The notes under the pieces are model-generated. The model saw nothing but the letters and a program-made list of their open reading frames with translations. It searched no databases and was not told the DNA's origin. DNA of 34,314 nt from Verrucomicrobiota bacterium. Lineage in GTDB: Bacteria; Verrucomicrobiota; Kiritimatiellia; Kiritimatiellales; Pontiellaceae. Position 1 is the stretch's first letter. Every line of letters starts with the position of its first letter. This document shows positions 8,696 through 17,999 of this stretch, piece by piece. The position numbers and the translations under genes were made by a program. The stretch covers positions 1 to 34,314 of the forward strand of contig JBDLHZ010000001.1 in the NCBI GenBank assembly GCA_039715135.1. The letters are read 5' to 3'.

Positions 8696-10882
8696 TTAGA
8701 TTTCGTTGCCGTCGAAGTCGAACCACATGGATTCGTTGGAATCGAGGGCGACGGCTTTCCTGTTGCCATTTCTGTCGGTGATCATGGTGGCCTGCGCCGC
8801 GTCGGAGTTGTTGATCACGATATACTTGCCGGTTTCCGGATAGCCCGCGATCTCGGTTTCGATGTTGTCCGAGAACCATTTTTTCGCCATCTCCCCTTCC
8901 CTGCCGGCGGCATACCAGATGGCACGCTGCAGCAGGCGGTTCTGCTCGGCACCGAGTTCGAAGCCAGCGAGATAAACACCGCGGCCCTGGCCAAAGTCGT
9001 TGGCGGCGATGGTTACGCTACCCTCGTCGTCCTTGGCAACAACCTGCGTGGATTCGAGACAGGGATAGATGGTTTGCACATGCTTGCCGAGGCTCGGGCT
9101 GGTGCTTTTCAGGTCGGCGGCAATGAAGTGTCCCTCCACGATATCGGTCGGAAGCACCTTCTTCGTGTCGTTGGAGAGGCCGTATTCCTTCTGCACGCCG
9201 AGGATGTCCCATAGCTGGTAGAAGGCGCCGCCGTTTTCATGGGCGGTCGGATCGAGAACGCCGACGAAGCCGCCGCCGTTGTCCACAAACTCGCGGATCG
9301 CGGAGACCACCTTCGGGTCGGTCCAGTTTTCGCCACCGCTCCAGGAGGTGCCGGCCAGGCCGAGGTTGATGATGACGCCGACATCTTCGGGAACACCGTT
9401 GCGGATGTCGTCGAAGTGGAGCCACTCCAGGTCGAACGGCTGTCCGGAGAGCGACTCGGTGATGCCGCCCAGCGGCCAGGTCTGGTCGAATCCCCAGGAA
9501 CGGTGTGCGCCCCATGCATTGAGGATGGCTACCTTGAAGGGCGCGTTCTCAACCGGTGTGAAGTTGGTGTTTTCCGTAAGCTTGTAGTATTCCTGGGTCT
9601 GGTATTCGAGATAGTCGACGAAGTCGGGGAATTTGGTCGCCAGCTCGAGATAGCCGCCGTAGCCGATACGGTGGACGAGCTTGCGCAGCATCGCGCGGCG
9701 GATCCACATCCAGTATTTCTTGCAGTCGGCGACCGGGTCGCCACCTTCCTGGAAGGTGGGTTTGTTGAGGAGGTCTACTTCAAAGAAGTAGGGATAGAGG
9801 CGCAGCTCTTTCACCAGATCGCCGGGCACGTCGGCAATCCGGCGCACCTCGCGGCCGTTGATGCAGGGGCCGACGATGCCGTCGTAGCCGATCTCCTGAA
9901 AGGCGGGTTTGTAGGGCTCGGTGCCGATCCAGTGGTCGCAGTAGAAGAGAATCGCCTTCTTGCCGGCGTCATGAACCTGCTTCACGCACTGCTTGGCCCA
10001 ACCGACCATGAATTCGTGGACGAACTCGATCCAGTCGAGGTAGGCCCGGGTCGGCACGCGGTCGGTGGAGTTGAAGTAGCCGTTGTCGACGATGTCGTTG
10101 GGAGAGAGGCGGTATCCTTTTTTCTCCTCGAATTCGTCGAGCGCCTGGGCCGACATGCAGTCGAGGTAGCCATACCAATCCTGATACAGTGTTTCGCTCT
10201 TGGGATTGGTGATGATCGGGAACTGGTACGCCATGGAGGTAAAGCGAACCCAGTCGGTGTTGGGATGTGTTTCCAGCCACTTGTCGAGGAATTTGGCGAT
10301 ATGCTCGCGGGTCTCCTTCTTGCGCGGGTCGATGCCGGACTGGTGCGGGGCGTCGCCCCAGTCGTTGGTGATGTGGTTGTACATCGAGGTGGTTTCCCAG
10401 ATCTGGAAAACGAGGAAGTTGACGCTGTAGACATTCCATTTGGCGCAGTTGTTGACCGTCACGATCCCGGCGGCATAGTCCCAATCTGCAACCGGAACAA
10501 TTTCGCCGGTGGTCCGATTGACGACCTCCCAGTATTTCCTGCAGTCGTTGACCTCGTCGACCTTGAACTGCTCGCTGGAATAGCGCGCAAGAATATCGAT
10601 CTTCATCGTGGTGTCGCGCGCGGTCTGCGGCGAGGAGAAGAGGTATTTCTGCTGGTTGTCTTCGGGGTGCGCGCTGTTCCACTCCTGGTCCGCCCGGATG
10701 AGGCAGAGCGTGGAGTAGATGTCGTATCCTAGTTCGGTAATGGATTCGGAAAGGACGGTGCCGTCGGAATCGCGGAATGCGTCCGCGCCCCAGCGCTTTG
10801 CCAGATCCAATACGACTTCATCCATTCCGGCCTGCGCCGGCAAGGTGAAGCCACCCCTTTTTGCGTGTATCTTTTCGGTCAT
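8696..10882 (-). CDS. GH112 beta-galactoside phosphorylase (GnpA/LnpA / galactosyl-rhamnose phosphorylase family), cytoplasmic
   Basis: True start MTEK at 10882; GFTLP, WGADAFRDSDGT, MYNHITNDW, DHWIGTEPY (catalytic Asp region), ELRLYPYFF, RIGYGGY; no signal peptide. Confidence 0.93.
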   Translation of the reverse strand: MTEKIHAKRGGFTLPAQAGMDEVVLDLAKRWGADAFRDSDGTVLSESITELGYDIYSTLCLIRADQEWNSAHPEDNQQKYLFSSPQTARDTTMKIDILARYSSEQFKVDEVNDCRKYWEVVNRTTGEIVPVADWDYAAGIVTVNNCAKWNVYSVNFLVFQIWETTSMYNHITNDWGDAPHQSGIDPRKKETREHIAKFLDKWLETHPNTDWVRFTSMAYQFPIITNPKSETLYQDWYGYLDCMSAQALDEFEEKKGYRLSPNDIVDNGYFNSTDRVPTRAYLDWIEFVHEFMVGWAKQCVKQVHDAGKKAILFYCDHWIGTEPYKPAFQEIGYDGIVGPCINGREVRRIADVPGDLVKELRLYPYFFEVDLLNKPTFQEGGDPVADCKKYWMWIRRAMLRKLVHRIGYGGYLELATKFPDFVDYLEYQTQEYYKLTENTNFTPVENAPFKVAILNAWGAHRSWGFDQTWPLGGITESLSGQPFDLEWLHFDDIRNGVPEDVGVIINLGLAGTSWSGGENWTDPKVVSAIREFVDNGGGFVGVLDPTAHENGGAFYQLWDILGVQKEYGLSNDTKKVLPTDIVEGHFIAADLKSTSPSLGKHVQTIYPCLESTQVVAKDDEGSVTIAANDFGQGRGVYLAGFELGAEQNRLLQRAIWYAAGREGEMAKKWFSDNIETEIAGYPETGKYIVINNSDAAQATMITDRNGNRKAVALDSNESMWFDFDGNEI

Positions 10883-12941
10883 TTCCAATTCCCTTGTTTG
10901 GCACCCCGGCTTGCGGGAGTGCGGTTTTAATCTTTTGCAAAACAACGGATTGCACAGCACCAAGCTTGATTGCGCCTTCCATTGGCTTCCGTTCCAACAG
11001 GTCGAAGAATCCGCCTTCCGGGAGCGCGACTTCCACGGACTCATAGTTGTGGTTCATGATGAAGAGGAAATCATTTTCTTCGTTGGAGCGAATCACCGCT
11101 TCAACGTTTTCAGGCGTCTCCAGCACCGGCTGCACGCCCTGCTCGGCGCAGACCTGACGGAGGAATTTCCGCATGAACGCGTTATCCGGCTGGGTGGCGA
11201 CATAGTAGGCCTTGCCCTTGCCATAGTCGTTCACGGTCAGGGCGGGCATGCCTTCAAAGAAGTTGCTGCCGTATTCGGCCAGCGATTTCGCCGTGCCTAG
11301 CTGCAGGATATCGCACCACAACCGCGACTCGAACTCGCCTGTTATTCCCGGCCACCGGCCGTTCATGACCACGCTGTTTTTCGTGTAGGGTTTCATGGCT
11401 TCGAATTCCTCGACCTTCAGGCCCAGCACCTCGCTGAGCGGCCCGGGGTATCCCCCCTTGAACACTTCGTCGTACTCGTTCACGACGCCGCTGAAGAAGG
11501 TGGCGATGAAGGTGCCGCCTTCGGACACGAATTTTTCAACGGATTCCCTGAAGCCCGGCTTCACCATGTAGAGGAGCGGTGCAATGACGACCTTGTACCG
11601 GCCCAGATCGCGGTCGTAGGGAATGACATCCGTCGTGATGTTTTGCTCGAACAAGGGATAGTGGTAGACTTGCAGGTTTTCCAGATAGTTCAGCAACGCG
11701 GTCGGCCCGGGCGTGTATTCGACCGTCCACCAGTTGTTGTAGTCCATCACAATGGCGACCTCGGCCTGCACATCGCTGCCTACCACTTGCAGCAGGCCGG
11801 GCAGTTCCTTCCCGAACTCGGCCATCTCCCGGAAGACGCGGGAGTTTTCGCCGATATGCGGCACCATGGCGGAGTGGAACTTTTCGGAGCCGTGGACCGA
11901 GGCCCGCCACTGGAAGAAGAGGAAGCTATCGGAGCCGTGCGCCATGCCCTGATGGCTCCAGAGGCGCATCACGCCGGGCTTTTTGTTGACGTTGGCCAAC
12001 CGCCAGTTCACCTGGCTTGGAGCCTGTTCGAGCAGCGCGAAAGGCTGGTCCTTGATGCCGCGCATGATGTCGTGGCTCAGCGCGGCCTCGCCGGGATGGT
12101 TGGTGGTTTTGGGGTCGGGGAAGGAGCTGACCGAGATAAAGTCGACCATGTCCGCCCATGTAAAGTAGTCCAAGGTCTTGTACTCGTAAAGGAAGTTGGT
12201 GGTGATCGGGATGTCGGGCGTGGTTTCGCGCAGGATTTCGATTTCGCCGCGGGCGACCTCCATGTAGCACTCGTTGGTGAAGCGCTTCCACTCCAGCAGC
12301 AGGCTGGTGTTCACCTGGTGTGCCGTCTTCATGGGGGGCATGAGCTCGTCCCATTCGTAGACATTGTTGCCCCAGAAATGCAGGCCCCACGTCTTGTTGA
12401 GGTTTTCGCAGGTGCCGTGTTTTTCCTTGCACCAGTCTCTGAACTTCCGGGCCGTGATTTCGCTGAAGTCATACTCGACCAGCTGCGAGAGTTCGTTGTT
12501 CACATGCCACATGCAGAGCGCGGGGTGGCCTTTGTAGCGCTCGGCCAGCTTGCGCACCAGCTGCCGGGCCAGCTTCCGGTATACCGGGCTGTTGGGGTTG
12601 AAGCACTGGCGGGAACCATGGTTGAAGCGAATGCCGTTTTCATCGATCGGCAGGATCTCGGGATATTTTTTCGCCATCCACGCGGGCGTGGAGGCGGTGG
12701 CCGTTCCCAGACTTGCACACACATCGTTTTTTGCGAGCGTATCCATGACCTCGTCGAGCCACTCGAAGGTCCACGTCTCTTCGTTGGGTTGCAGTTGCGC
12801 CCAGGTAAAGACATTGATGGTCACCACATTGACGCCCGCCTTTTTCATCAGGCGCATGTCCTCTTCCATGGTTTCCTTCGAGAAATGCTCGGGCGTGTAG
12901 TCGCCGCCGAAATAGATGGTGGGGGGAATGTATTTTTTCAT
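10818..12941 (-). CDS. GH42 beta-galactosidase, cytoplasmic
   Basis: GGDYTPEH, WAQLQP, WHVNNE (acid/base), LLEQAP (nucleophile), FFQWR, EKFHS, trimerisation domain; tail overlaps the GH112 gene by 65 bp. Confidence 0.95.
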   Translation of the reverse strand: MKKYIPPTIYFGGDYTPEHFSKETMEEDMRLMKKAGVNVVTINVFTWAQLQPNEETWTFEWLDEVMDTLAKNDVCASLGTATASTPAWMAKKYPEILPIDENGIRFNHGSRQCFNPNSPVYRKLARQLVRKLAERYKGHPALCMWHVNNELSQLVEYDFSEITARKFRDWCKEKHGTCENLNKTWGLHFWGNNVYEWDELMPPMKTAHQVNTSLLLEWKRFTNECYMEVARGEIEILRETTPDIPITTNFLYEYKTLDYFTWADMVDFISVSSFPDPKTTNHPGEAALSHDIMRGIKDQPFALLEQAPSQVNWRLANVNKKPGVMRLWSHQGMAHGSDSFLFFQWRASVHGSEKFHSAMVPHIGENSRVFREMAEFGKELPGLLQVVGSDVQAEVAIVMDYNNWWTVEYTPGPTALLNYLENLQVYHYPLFEQNITTDVIPYDRDLGRYKVVIAPLLYMVKPGFRESVEKFVSEGGTFIATFFSGVVNEYDEVFKGGYPGPLSEVLGLKVEEFEAMKPYTKNSVVMNGRWPGITGEFESRLWCDILQLGTAKSLAEYGSNFFEGMPALTVNDYGKGKAYYVATQPDNAFMRKFLRQVCAEQGVQPVLETPENVEAVIRSNEENDFLFIMNHNYESVEVALPEGGFFDLLERKPMEGAIKLGAVQSVVLQKIKTALPQAGVPNKGIGNDRKDTRKKGWLHLAGAGRNG

Positions 12942-12945
12942 GGCA

Positions 12946-14457
12946 TTATACCTCGCCTCTGAGTTTTTCGAGTTTGTTCCGGTTTTCCTCGGCTTTTTCC
13001 TTGTTGAGCGGATAGAACTTCAAAAGGGCAAAGCAAAGCAGGGCCGGGCCTGCCGCGCCGATGCACATGGCCAGACGCATGTTCAGATAGGTTTGCGATA
13101 TTTGCTCCGGAAGGGCCGGGTCGAAGCCGATCAGGTTCAAAAAGAGCCCAATCAGAACAAAACTGATGGCGAAAGAGGCTTTCATCGCCCAACCGTATAT
13201 GGCACCGAACATGCCTTCGCGGCGATGGCCGTTCTTTAGTTCGTCGTCGTCGCAGACATCGGCGATCATGGACTGCCCCAACACGCCCACGCCAATCCAG
13301 AAGAGACCGCCGGTTAGCGGGTCGAGCCAGATCAGCGATTTAGCAACGGCCGCAAGGGAGGTTCCGGCCGCCGCAAACGAGCCCCAGGCGAGCGGCACAT
13401 CGAAACGTCCGGGGCGATAGACGATCCAGCGGATAAACGCATTCAGAATCATCATGCCGTAGATAAACATGAACCCATGGATCTTGGTCATTTTTCCGGT
13501 CACCCAGACAATGAGCGGAATACCGAGGACACCCACCGTGGCATAGCCGATGGTCACAATGAGTTTCCACTGGGTTCCGAGGGCGACATCGCCATCCGAG
13601 AGATAGTAGATCAACAGATACCAGTCCATGTTGCTGGCGAACATGCCGGCAATAATCGTGAAAACGGCCAATGTGCATAAAATGGCGAAGGCCTTGTTTT
13701 TCAGGGCCAGGCGGGCGGATTGCCAGAAGGGATCGCGTTTGCCCTCGTGCTCCTTGACGTTGAGTTCATAGTTGCGCTCCCGACCGAAAAAGGCCGGCAA
13801 CAGGCCGAACAGCGTCATGCCAAGGCCGCCGTAGATGGCCGCGGATATCCGGATTCCCTCCATCTTTTCCAACGTCGTGAGATTGCCGGTGTCCGCATAC
13901 CCATACTTTCGGGCAATGAAGATAAGGGAAAGCGGAATCAGGCCCATATAGGTCATCTCGCCGAGCCGGTTCCAGAAGGTGACATAACCCTGGACGGAGG
14001 TTCGCTCCTCGTAGTCCGGCGTCATTTCATAGGTCAAGGCAATGTATGGCACCGAAAAGATGGTGTAGGCCGTGTAGAACAACAGGCTTGTGACGAGGAA
14101 CCAAGCCAGCTTTCCCGCATCGCCCCACCCCATGGGAATCATCCAGATACTGGCAAAGGTTAGGCCCATCAGGATGGCGCCGAGAAAAATAAAGGGGCGT
14201 CGGCGGCCATGTTTCGAGCGGAAGTTGTCGGAAAAATTTCCCATGATCGGATCGGTAATCGCATCCCATAGCAGAGGGATGGCCAGCACGATGCCCACCC
14301 AGAAGGCATTGATCCCGAGAATCATATTCAGGACGCCCTGGCCGGTGGTGCGGACGCTCTGGTTGCCCAGGGAAACGGTCAGGCCGCCGGTGCCGACCGA
14401 AAACTTTTCCTTGAAGCTCAGCTTCCCAGTCTGCTGGATTTTATTGGTTTCGCCCAT
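12946..14457 (-). CDS. MFS glycoside-pentoside-hexuronide (GPH):cation symporter
   Basis: WDAITDPIMGNFSD, GRRRPFI, PYIALTYEMTPDYEERT, MIADVCDDDELKNGHRREG; many hydrophobic helices. Confidence 0.94.
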   Translation of the reverse strand: MGETNKIQQTGKLSFKEKFSVGTGGLTVSLGNQSVRTTGQGVLNMILGINAFWVGIVLAIPLLWDAITDPIMGNFSDNFRSKHGRRRPFIFLGAILMGLTFASIWMIPMGWGDAGKLAWFLVTSLLFYTAYTIFSVPYIALTYEMTPDYEERTSVQGYVTFWNRLGEMTYMGLIPLSLIFIARKYGYADTGNLTTLEKMEGIRISAAIYGGLGMTLFGLLPAFFGRERNYELNVKEHEGKRDPFWQSARLALKNKAFAILCTLAVFTIIAGMFASNMDWYLLIYYLSDGDVALGTQWKLIVTIGYATVGVLGIPLIVWVTGKMTKIHGFMFIYGMMILNAFIRWIVYRPGRFDVPLAWGSFAAAGTSLAAVAKSLIWLDPLTGGLFWIGVGVLGQSMIADVCDDDELKNGHRREGMFGAIYGWAMKASFAISFVLIGLFLNLIGFDPALPEQISQTYLNMRLAMCIGAAGPALLCFALLKFYPLNKEKAEENRNKLEKLRGEV

Positions 14458-14459
14458 GA

Positions 14460-16490
14460 TTAATCAATGTTGTTGTAAAGGTTGCGTCCACACTCCTCGG
14501 CGGCGCGGACCAGATTCTCGTTGGGGATGTCCGCCACATCGAAAAACCCAACGTCATAGTTTTCGCCATCGTAGCGGCCTCCGACATTCTGGTCGCGCCA
14601 CTGGTACCAGTGCGCCCCGATAATTTGCGGGTGATCCACCGCTTCGGCCATGAAGCTCTTGAACAAACGTCCCTGCTGGACGGCATCCTGCGCACTGCGC
14701 AGGCCGCTGCCAAGGTTGTTGCCGCCTATGTTGGCAAAATGGAACTCGGTGATCAATACCGGCTTGCCCGCATTGCCAAAGTTGCCCGGATTCGGGCGAA
14801 AGGAGTAGACGTTGGCGCTAATGACATCCACATATTTGGCCGCCGCCTTGATCACCTCCTTGCTGCCGGAATTCATGCGGCAACCGAGATAGAGAATGTT
14901 GGGGGAATAGTTGGTCAATTCCTCTTTCACCATCTTGAAAAACGCTTCGGAAAGAAGGGTCGCCAATGCGGAGCAGTCGGCGGCATCCGCCTCCTTCAGC
15001 GCGGACCTATCCGTCGGCTTCAGCAAATCATCCCAAGTGGAAAACCGCGTCTTCCATGCCTCGTTCAACGCTTCAACCGTAGCGTACTTCCCCTTCAACC
15101 AGTCCCGGAAAACCTTCTTAGCCCCGGTGTTCTCCTGCCCGTGACCCAGAACAGCGGCAACCAGAAGACGGGCATTGTTCTTCCAGTGCAGCTCGTTGTT
15201 CACAAAGGCGCCCAAACACCAGGGATCGTCCTTGAAGGGTACCGGATATTCATGGATGGCCTTGCGCAAACCCTCACGGGTCTCGGGATCGAAAGGATCC
15301 GGCAACTTTTCCGCGGCAAAGGCGTATTCATAGTGGAGCATCACCGTATAGGGTACTTCCTTGCGGGCGACAACCTCGTTGTCCGACCAGGCGCCGATCG
15401 TGTTGAGATTACAGTATTTCAAGCGGTCGATGTCCTGCTCGATATATTTTTCAGCCCACCCCCCGCCATATTTCCGGTACAGGTTCGCCCGCGTGAAATC
15501 ATAGTGGGGAACCTTTTCAAGAAGGGCAAAATTGTCTTCGACATCGATCTCCGTGAAGAAGCGGCCGAATTCCTTGTCGTCCTTGGCCGGAAGATCCCGG
15601 AACACGGAAGGATCCCGCTCCAACGGCGTTTGACCGGCAAACTCAACGCCGACGCAGTTCACGCCGTAAGACCAGAACAGATAGCCCTCGGGATCGATAA
15701 ACCACCATCGGCCTTCATGCTTTTGCGTGCGGAAAAAACCCGTGGCCTCGAATTTCGGCCCCGCTTTCCAGCCACCGTATTTGCTGAAACCGGTCGGCGT
15801 GCCAAGCTGCTCCTCCAGCTTCCTTTCGATGGCAATGCCGTCGATGAGATCCTGGTCGAAACAAACCTTGCCCGGCCACGTTTTATGGATGTACTGCCCG
15901 TATTTATCCATAAACGGAAAATCGCCCATATGGATCCCATCCATTTTTTGCAGGGGGAACATTTGCGCCAGCTCAAAAGCATGCTCCCCTTTCCGGGTAC
16001 ATGTAATGACAAGGTTTTTCACCTTGCCCGGATCGATCGTGTGCCAATGCCTGAAGCTGCCGTTGGGCTTGCCGGACATTCTCAAATAGGCCGGGTCCGT
16101 CTTGCCATAGTCGGCCGAGCGGCAAAGCGCCATGCCCAAAGGCAGTTCCTCGCCAGCCTTCACGATCGTGCGGCCCAGTGCCGACTTGGACCAGCCGGTC
16201 GCGCCGTCATTGCCCAGCATTAGATCCAGAACCAGTTCCGTCTTGCCGATGTTTTTGAGCATAAGGCCAAGCACGCTAACGTTCTCCATGTTCCACACGT
16301 CGCCTTCCGCAGGCACCAGTACCAGCTTGAACCCTCCTTTGCCCTGCAGGATATGGCGGCCTTCGGCAGTTTGCACCGAAACGCCGCTGGCCTTCCCGAT
16401 CCTGTAGGTAATGTCGGTTGCGAAAAGGACGTGAACCGACAAACATAAAGCCGCCGACACAACCGATAGCCGGGTTGCAATCCTACCCAT
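14460..16490 (-). CDS. GH50 glycoside hydrolase (beta-agarase family), exported
   Basis: GFFRTQKHEGRWWFIDPEG, NTIGAWS, DPFDP, FVNNEL, KPVLITEFHF, GAHWYQWRDQ, GRYDGENY. Start uncertain (16490 chosen for the signal peptide; 16514 and 16544 possible). Confidence 0.9.
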   Translation of the reverse strand: MGRIATRLSVVSAALCLSVHVLFATDITYRIGKASGVSVQTAEGRHILQGKGGFKLVLVPAEGDVWNMENVSVLGLMLKNIGKTELVLDLMLGNDGATGWSKSALGRTIVKAGEELPLGMALCRSADYGKTDPAYLRMSGKPNGSFRHWHTIDPGKVKNLVITCTRKGEHAFELAQMFPLQKMDGIHMGDFPFMDKYGQYIHKTWPGKVCFDQDLIDGIAIERKLEEQLGTPTGFSKYGGWKAGPKFEATGFFRTQKHEGRWWFIDPEGYLFWSYGVNCVGVEFAGQTPLERDPSVFRDLPAKDDKEFGRFFTEIDVEDNFALLEKVPHYDFTRANLYRKYGGGWAEKYIEQDIDRLKYCNLNTIGAWSDNEVVARKEVPYTVMLHYEYAFAAEKLPDPFDPETREGLRKAIHEYPVPFKDDPWCLGAFVNNELHWKNNARLLVAAVLGHGQENTGAKKVFRDWLKGKYATVEALNEAWKTRFSTWDDLLKPTDRSALKEADAADCSALATLLSEAFFKMVKEELTNYSPNILYLGCRMNSGSKEVIKAAAKYVDVISANVYSFRPNPGNFGNAGKPVLITEFHFANIGGNNLGSGLRSAQDAVQQGRLFKSFMAEAVDHPQIIGAHWYQWRDQNVGGRYDGENYDVGFFDVADIPNENLVRAAEECGRNLYNNID

Positions 16491-16708
16491 TTGGAACCTG
16501 GATGAACTAAACATGCCTGTGATAGTGCTCGAAGATGGGTTCATTGACAAGCTAAAAGTCAAAATAATAGCGTGTTTTATTAATTTAAAATGCCTGAATC
16601 CGCAATCGGTATGAGCTAATAATGATTTCATGCAATAAAATCCTTGCCTTGGATTGCATAATTTGACATTGATGAGGGTATATTACGCAATATAGCTATG
16701 GAGATACG
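16491..16708. promoter_or_regulatory. AT-rich divergent promoter region between GH50 and the XylR-type regulator
   Basis: Divergent starts; low GC; TTGAC-N9-GTCAA inverted repeat at 16544-16562; TTGACA at 16663-16668. Exact promoters not resolved. Confidence 0.6.
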
Positions 16709-17863
16709 ATGCCTGATTCCCACAGAAAACTGATTGTTCTTTCGTTGAAATGGTACGACATTCGGATTCATCAAGGCGTTTTGGAATACGCGAAAGATCA
16801 AAAGTGGGATGTCCTGGCCAGCCCGCACCAACCGGAGGCGCTGGAAATTCCCGAAGCCGATGGACAAATCGTCATGCTTGGCCCCAACGACCAGCGCCGG
16901 TCGCGCCTCGTGCAACAATCCAATATCCCAGCCATCGACCTGAGCCACTACAGCTCGCTGGACATCCCCCGCGTCTATCCCGACAGCGTGCAAACCGGAC
17001 GGTTGGCCGCCGCCGAGTTCATGGGGCGGGGCTTTACGCAGTTTGCCGTCTACAGCACCCAGACGCACTGGTACGTCGACGAGCGCCGCAAGGGGTTCTG
17101 CGAAACCCTCGGGGAACGGGGATACACTGCGGAGAGCTGGCACTTCCCGCAGACCGATTCGCACAAGGGATCCTTCAGTCCAAGCGGCCCTGCCCGCGAA
17201 ACCATTCAGGAGTGGCTGACCGAATCGCCGAAACCGGTCGCCGTCTATGCCATCGAGGATGAGGGCGCCGCCATGTTGATGCGCGCCTGCAGCCAGCTTG
17301 GCATCTCCGTGCCGGAGCAGGTGGCACTGATCGGCACCAACAACGATCCCGTGGTCTGCCCCTACACGGAAGTTCCGTTGAGCAGCATTGACCTAAACTG
17401 GGAGGGAGTCGGCTACGAGGCCGCGGCCCAGCTGGACCGGCTCATGCAAGGCCAGCCCCTGGAGGAGCCACTGACCCTGGTGCCGCCAAAGGGCTTGGTT
17501 GTGCGCAAAAGTTCGGACACGGTTGCCGTGGCGGACCTCCGGGTAGCCAAGGCGCTTACCTATATCCAGGAAAACAGCCACCGGCATGTGAGCGTCACCG
17601 AAATCACCAAAGTGCTCGGCATGCCATTGCGCACCCTGCAATGGGCTTTCCAAAAATCCATGAGCCGCAGCATCCAGGAAGAGATCAGCAAGCGAAGGGT
17701 CGAACGCGTCAAGGACATGTTGCTGAACACCGACCGCAACGTCGGGCAGATCGCCACCGACCTCGGCTTTTCATCGGCCCAATACATGAACCACTTCTTC
17801 GTCAAATCGACGGGCGGCACGCCCAATGAATACCGCCAGAAACAGCTGGCCTTGCGTAGCTAG
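16709..17863 (+). CDS. xylR: XylR-type regulator (LacI-like ligand-binding domain plus AraC HTH)
   Basis: GVLEYA, ERRKGF, PKPVAVYA, SVPEQVALIG, LSSID, C-terminal IATDLGFSSAQYMNHFF...TPNEYR; GGAG SD. The symbol denotes family, not xylose specificity. Confidence 0.9.
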   Translation: MPDSHRKLIVLSLKWYDIRIHQGVLEYAKDQKWDVLASPHQPEALEIPEADGQIVMLGPNDQRRSRLVQQSNIPAIDLSHYSSLDIPRVYPDSVQTGRLAAAEFMGRGFTQFAVYSTQTHWYVDERRKGFCETLGERGYTAESWHFPQTDSHKGSFSPSGPARETIQEWLTESPKPVAVYAIEDEGAAMLMRACSQLGISVPEQVALIGTNNDPVVCPYTEVPLSSIDLNWEGVGYEAAAQLDRLMQGQPLEEPLTLVPPKGLVVRKSSDTVAVADLRVAKALTYIQENSHRHVSVTEITKVLGMPLRTLQWAFQKSMSRSIQEEISKRRVERVKDMLLNTDRNVGQIATDLGFSSAQYMNHFFVKSTGGTPNEYRQKQLALRS

Positions 17864-17999
17864 AAGAAAAAGGATCAAGGGTGAATGCGGGTTCGTTTCA
17901 CAAGCCCATTGCCCCTTCCCTTGTTGGCCTATACAGCTACCATACCTTGCGCCAAAAATCAACTATCTGATACGGAGTTAACTTAATTCGTATTGGGTG

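Noticed and set aside
10883-11044. 54-aa N-terminal extension of the GH112 ORF
   Set aside because: It lies inside GH42; family similarity starts at MTEK...GFTLP.
16465-16490. REP-like GGGTTGCAATCC near the GH50 start
   Set aside because: Stem too short and imperfect; no second copy in the window.
17955-17995. IHF-like site and weak palindrome next to repeat copy 2
   Set aside because: Mismatched to consensus in AT-rich DNA; no integrase or att evidence.
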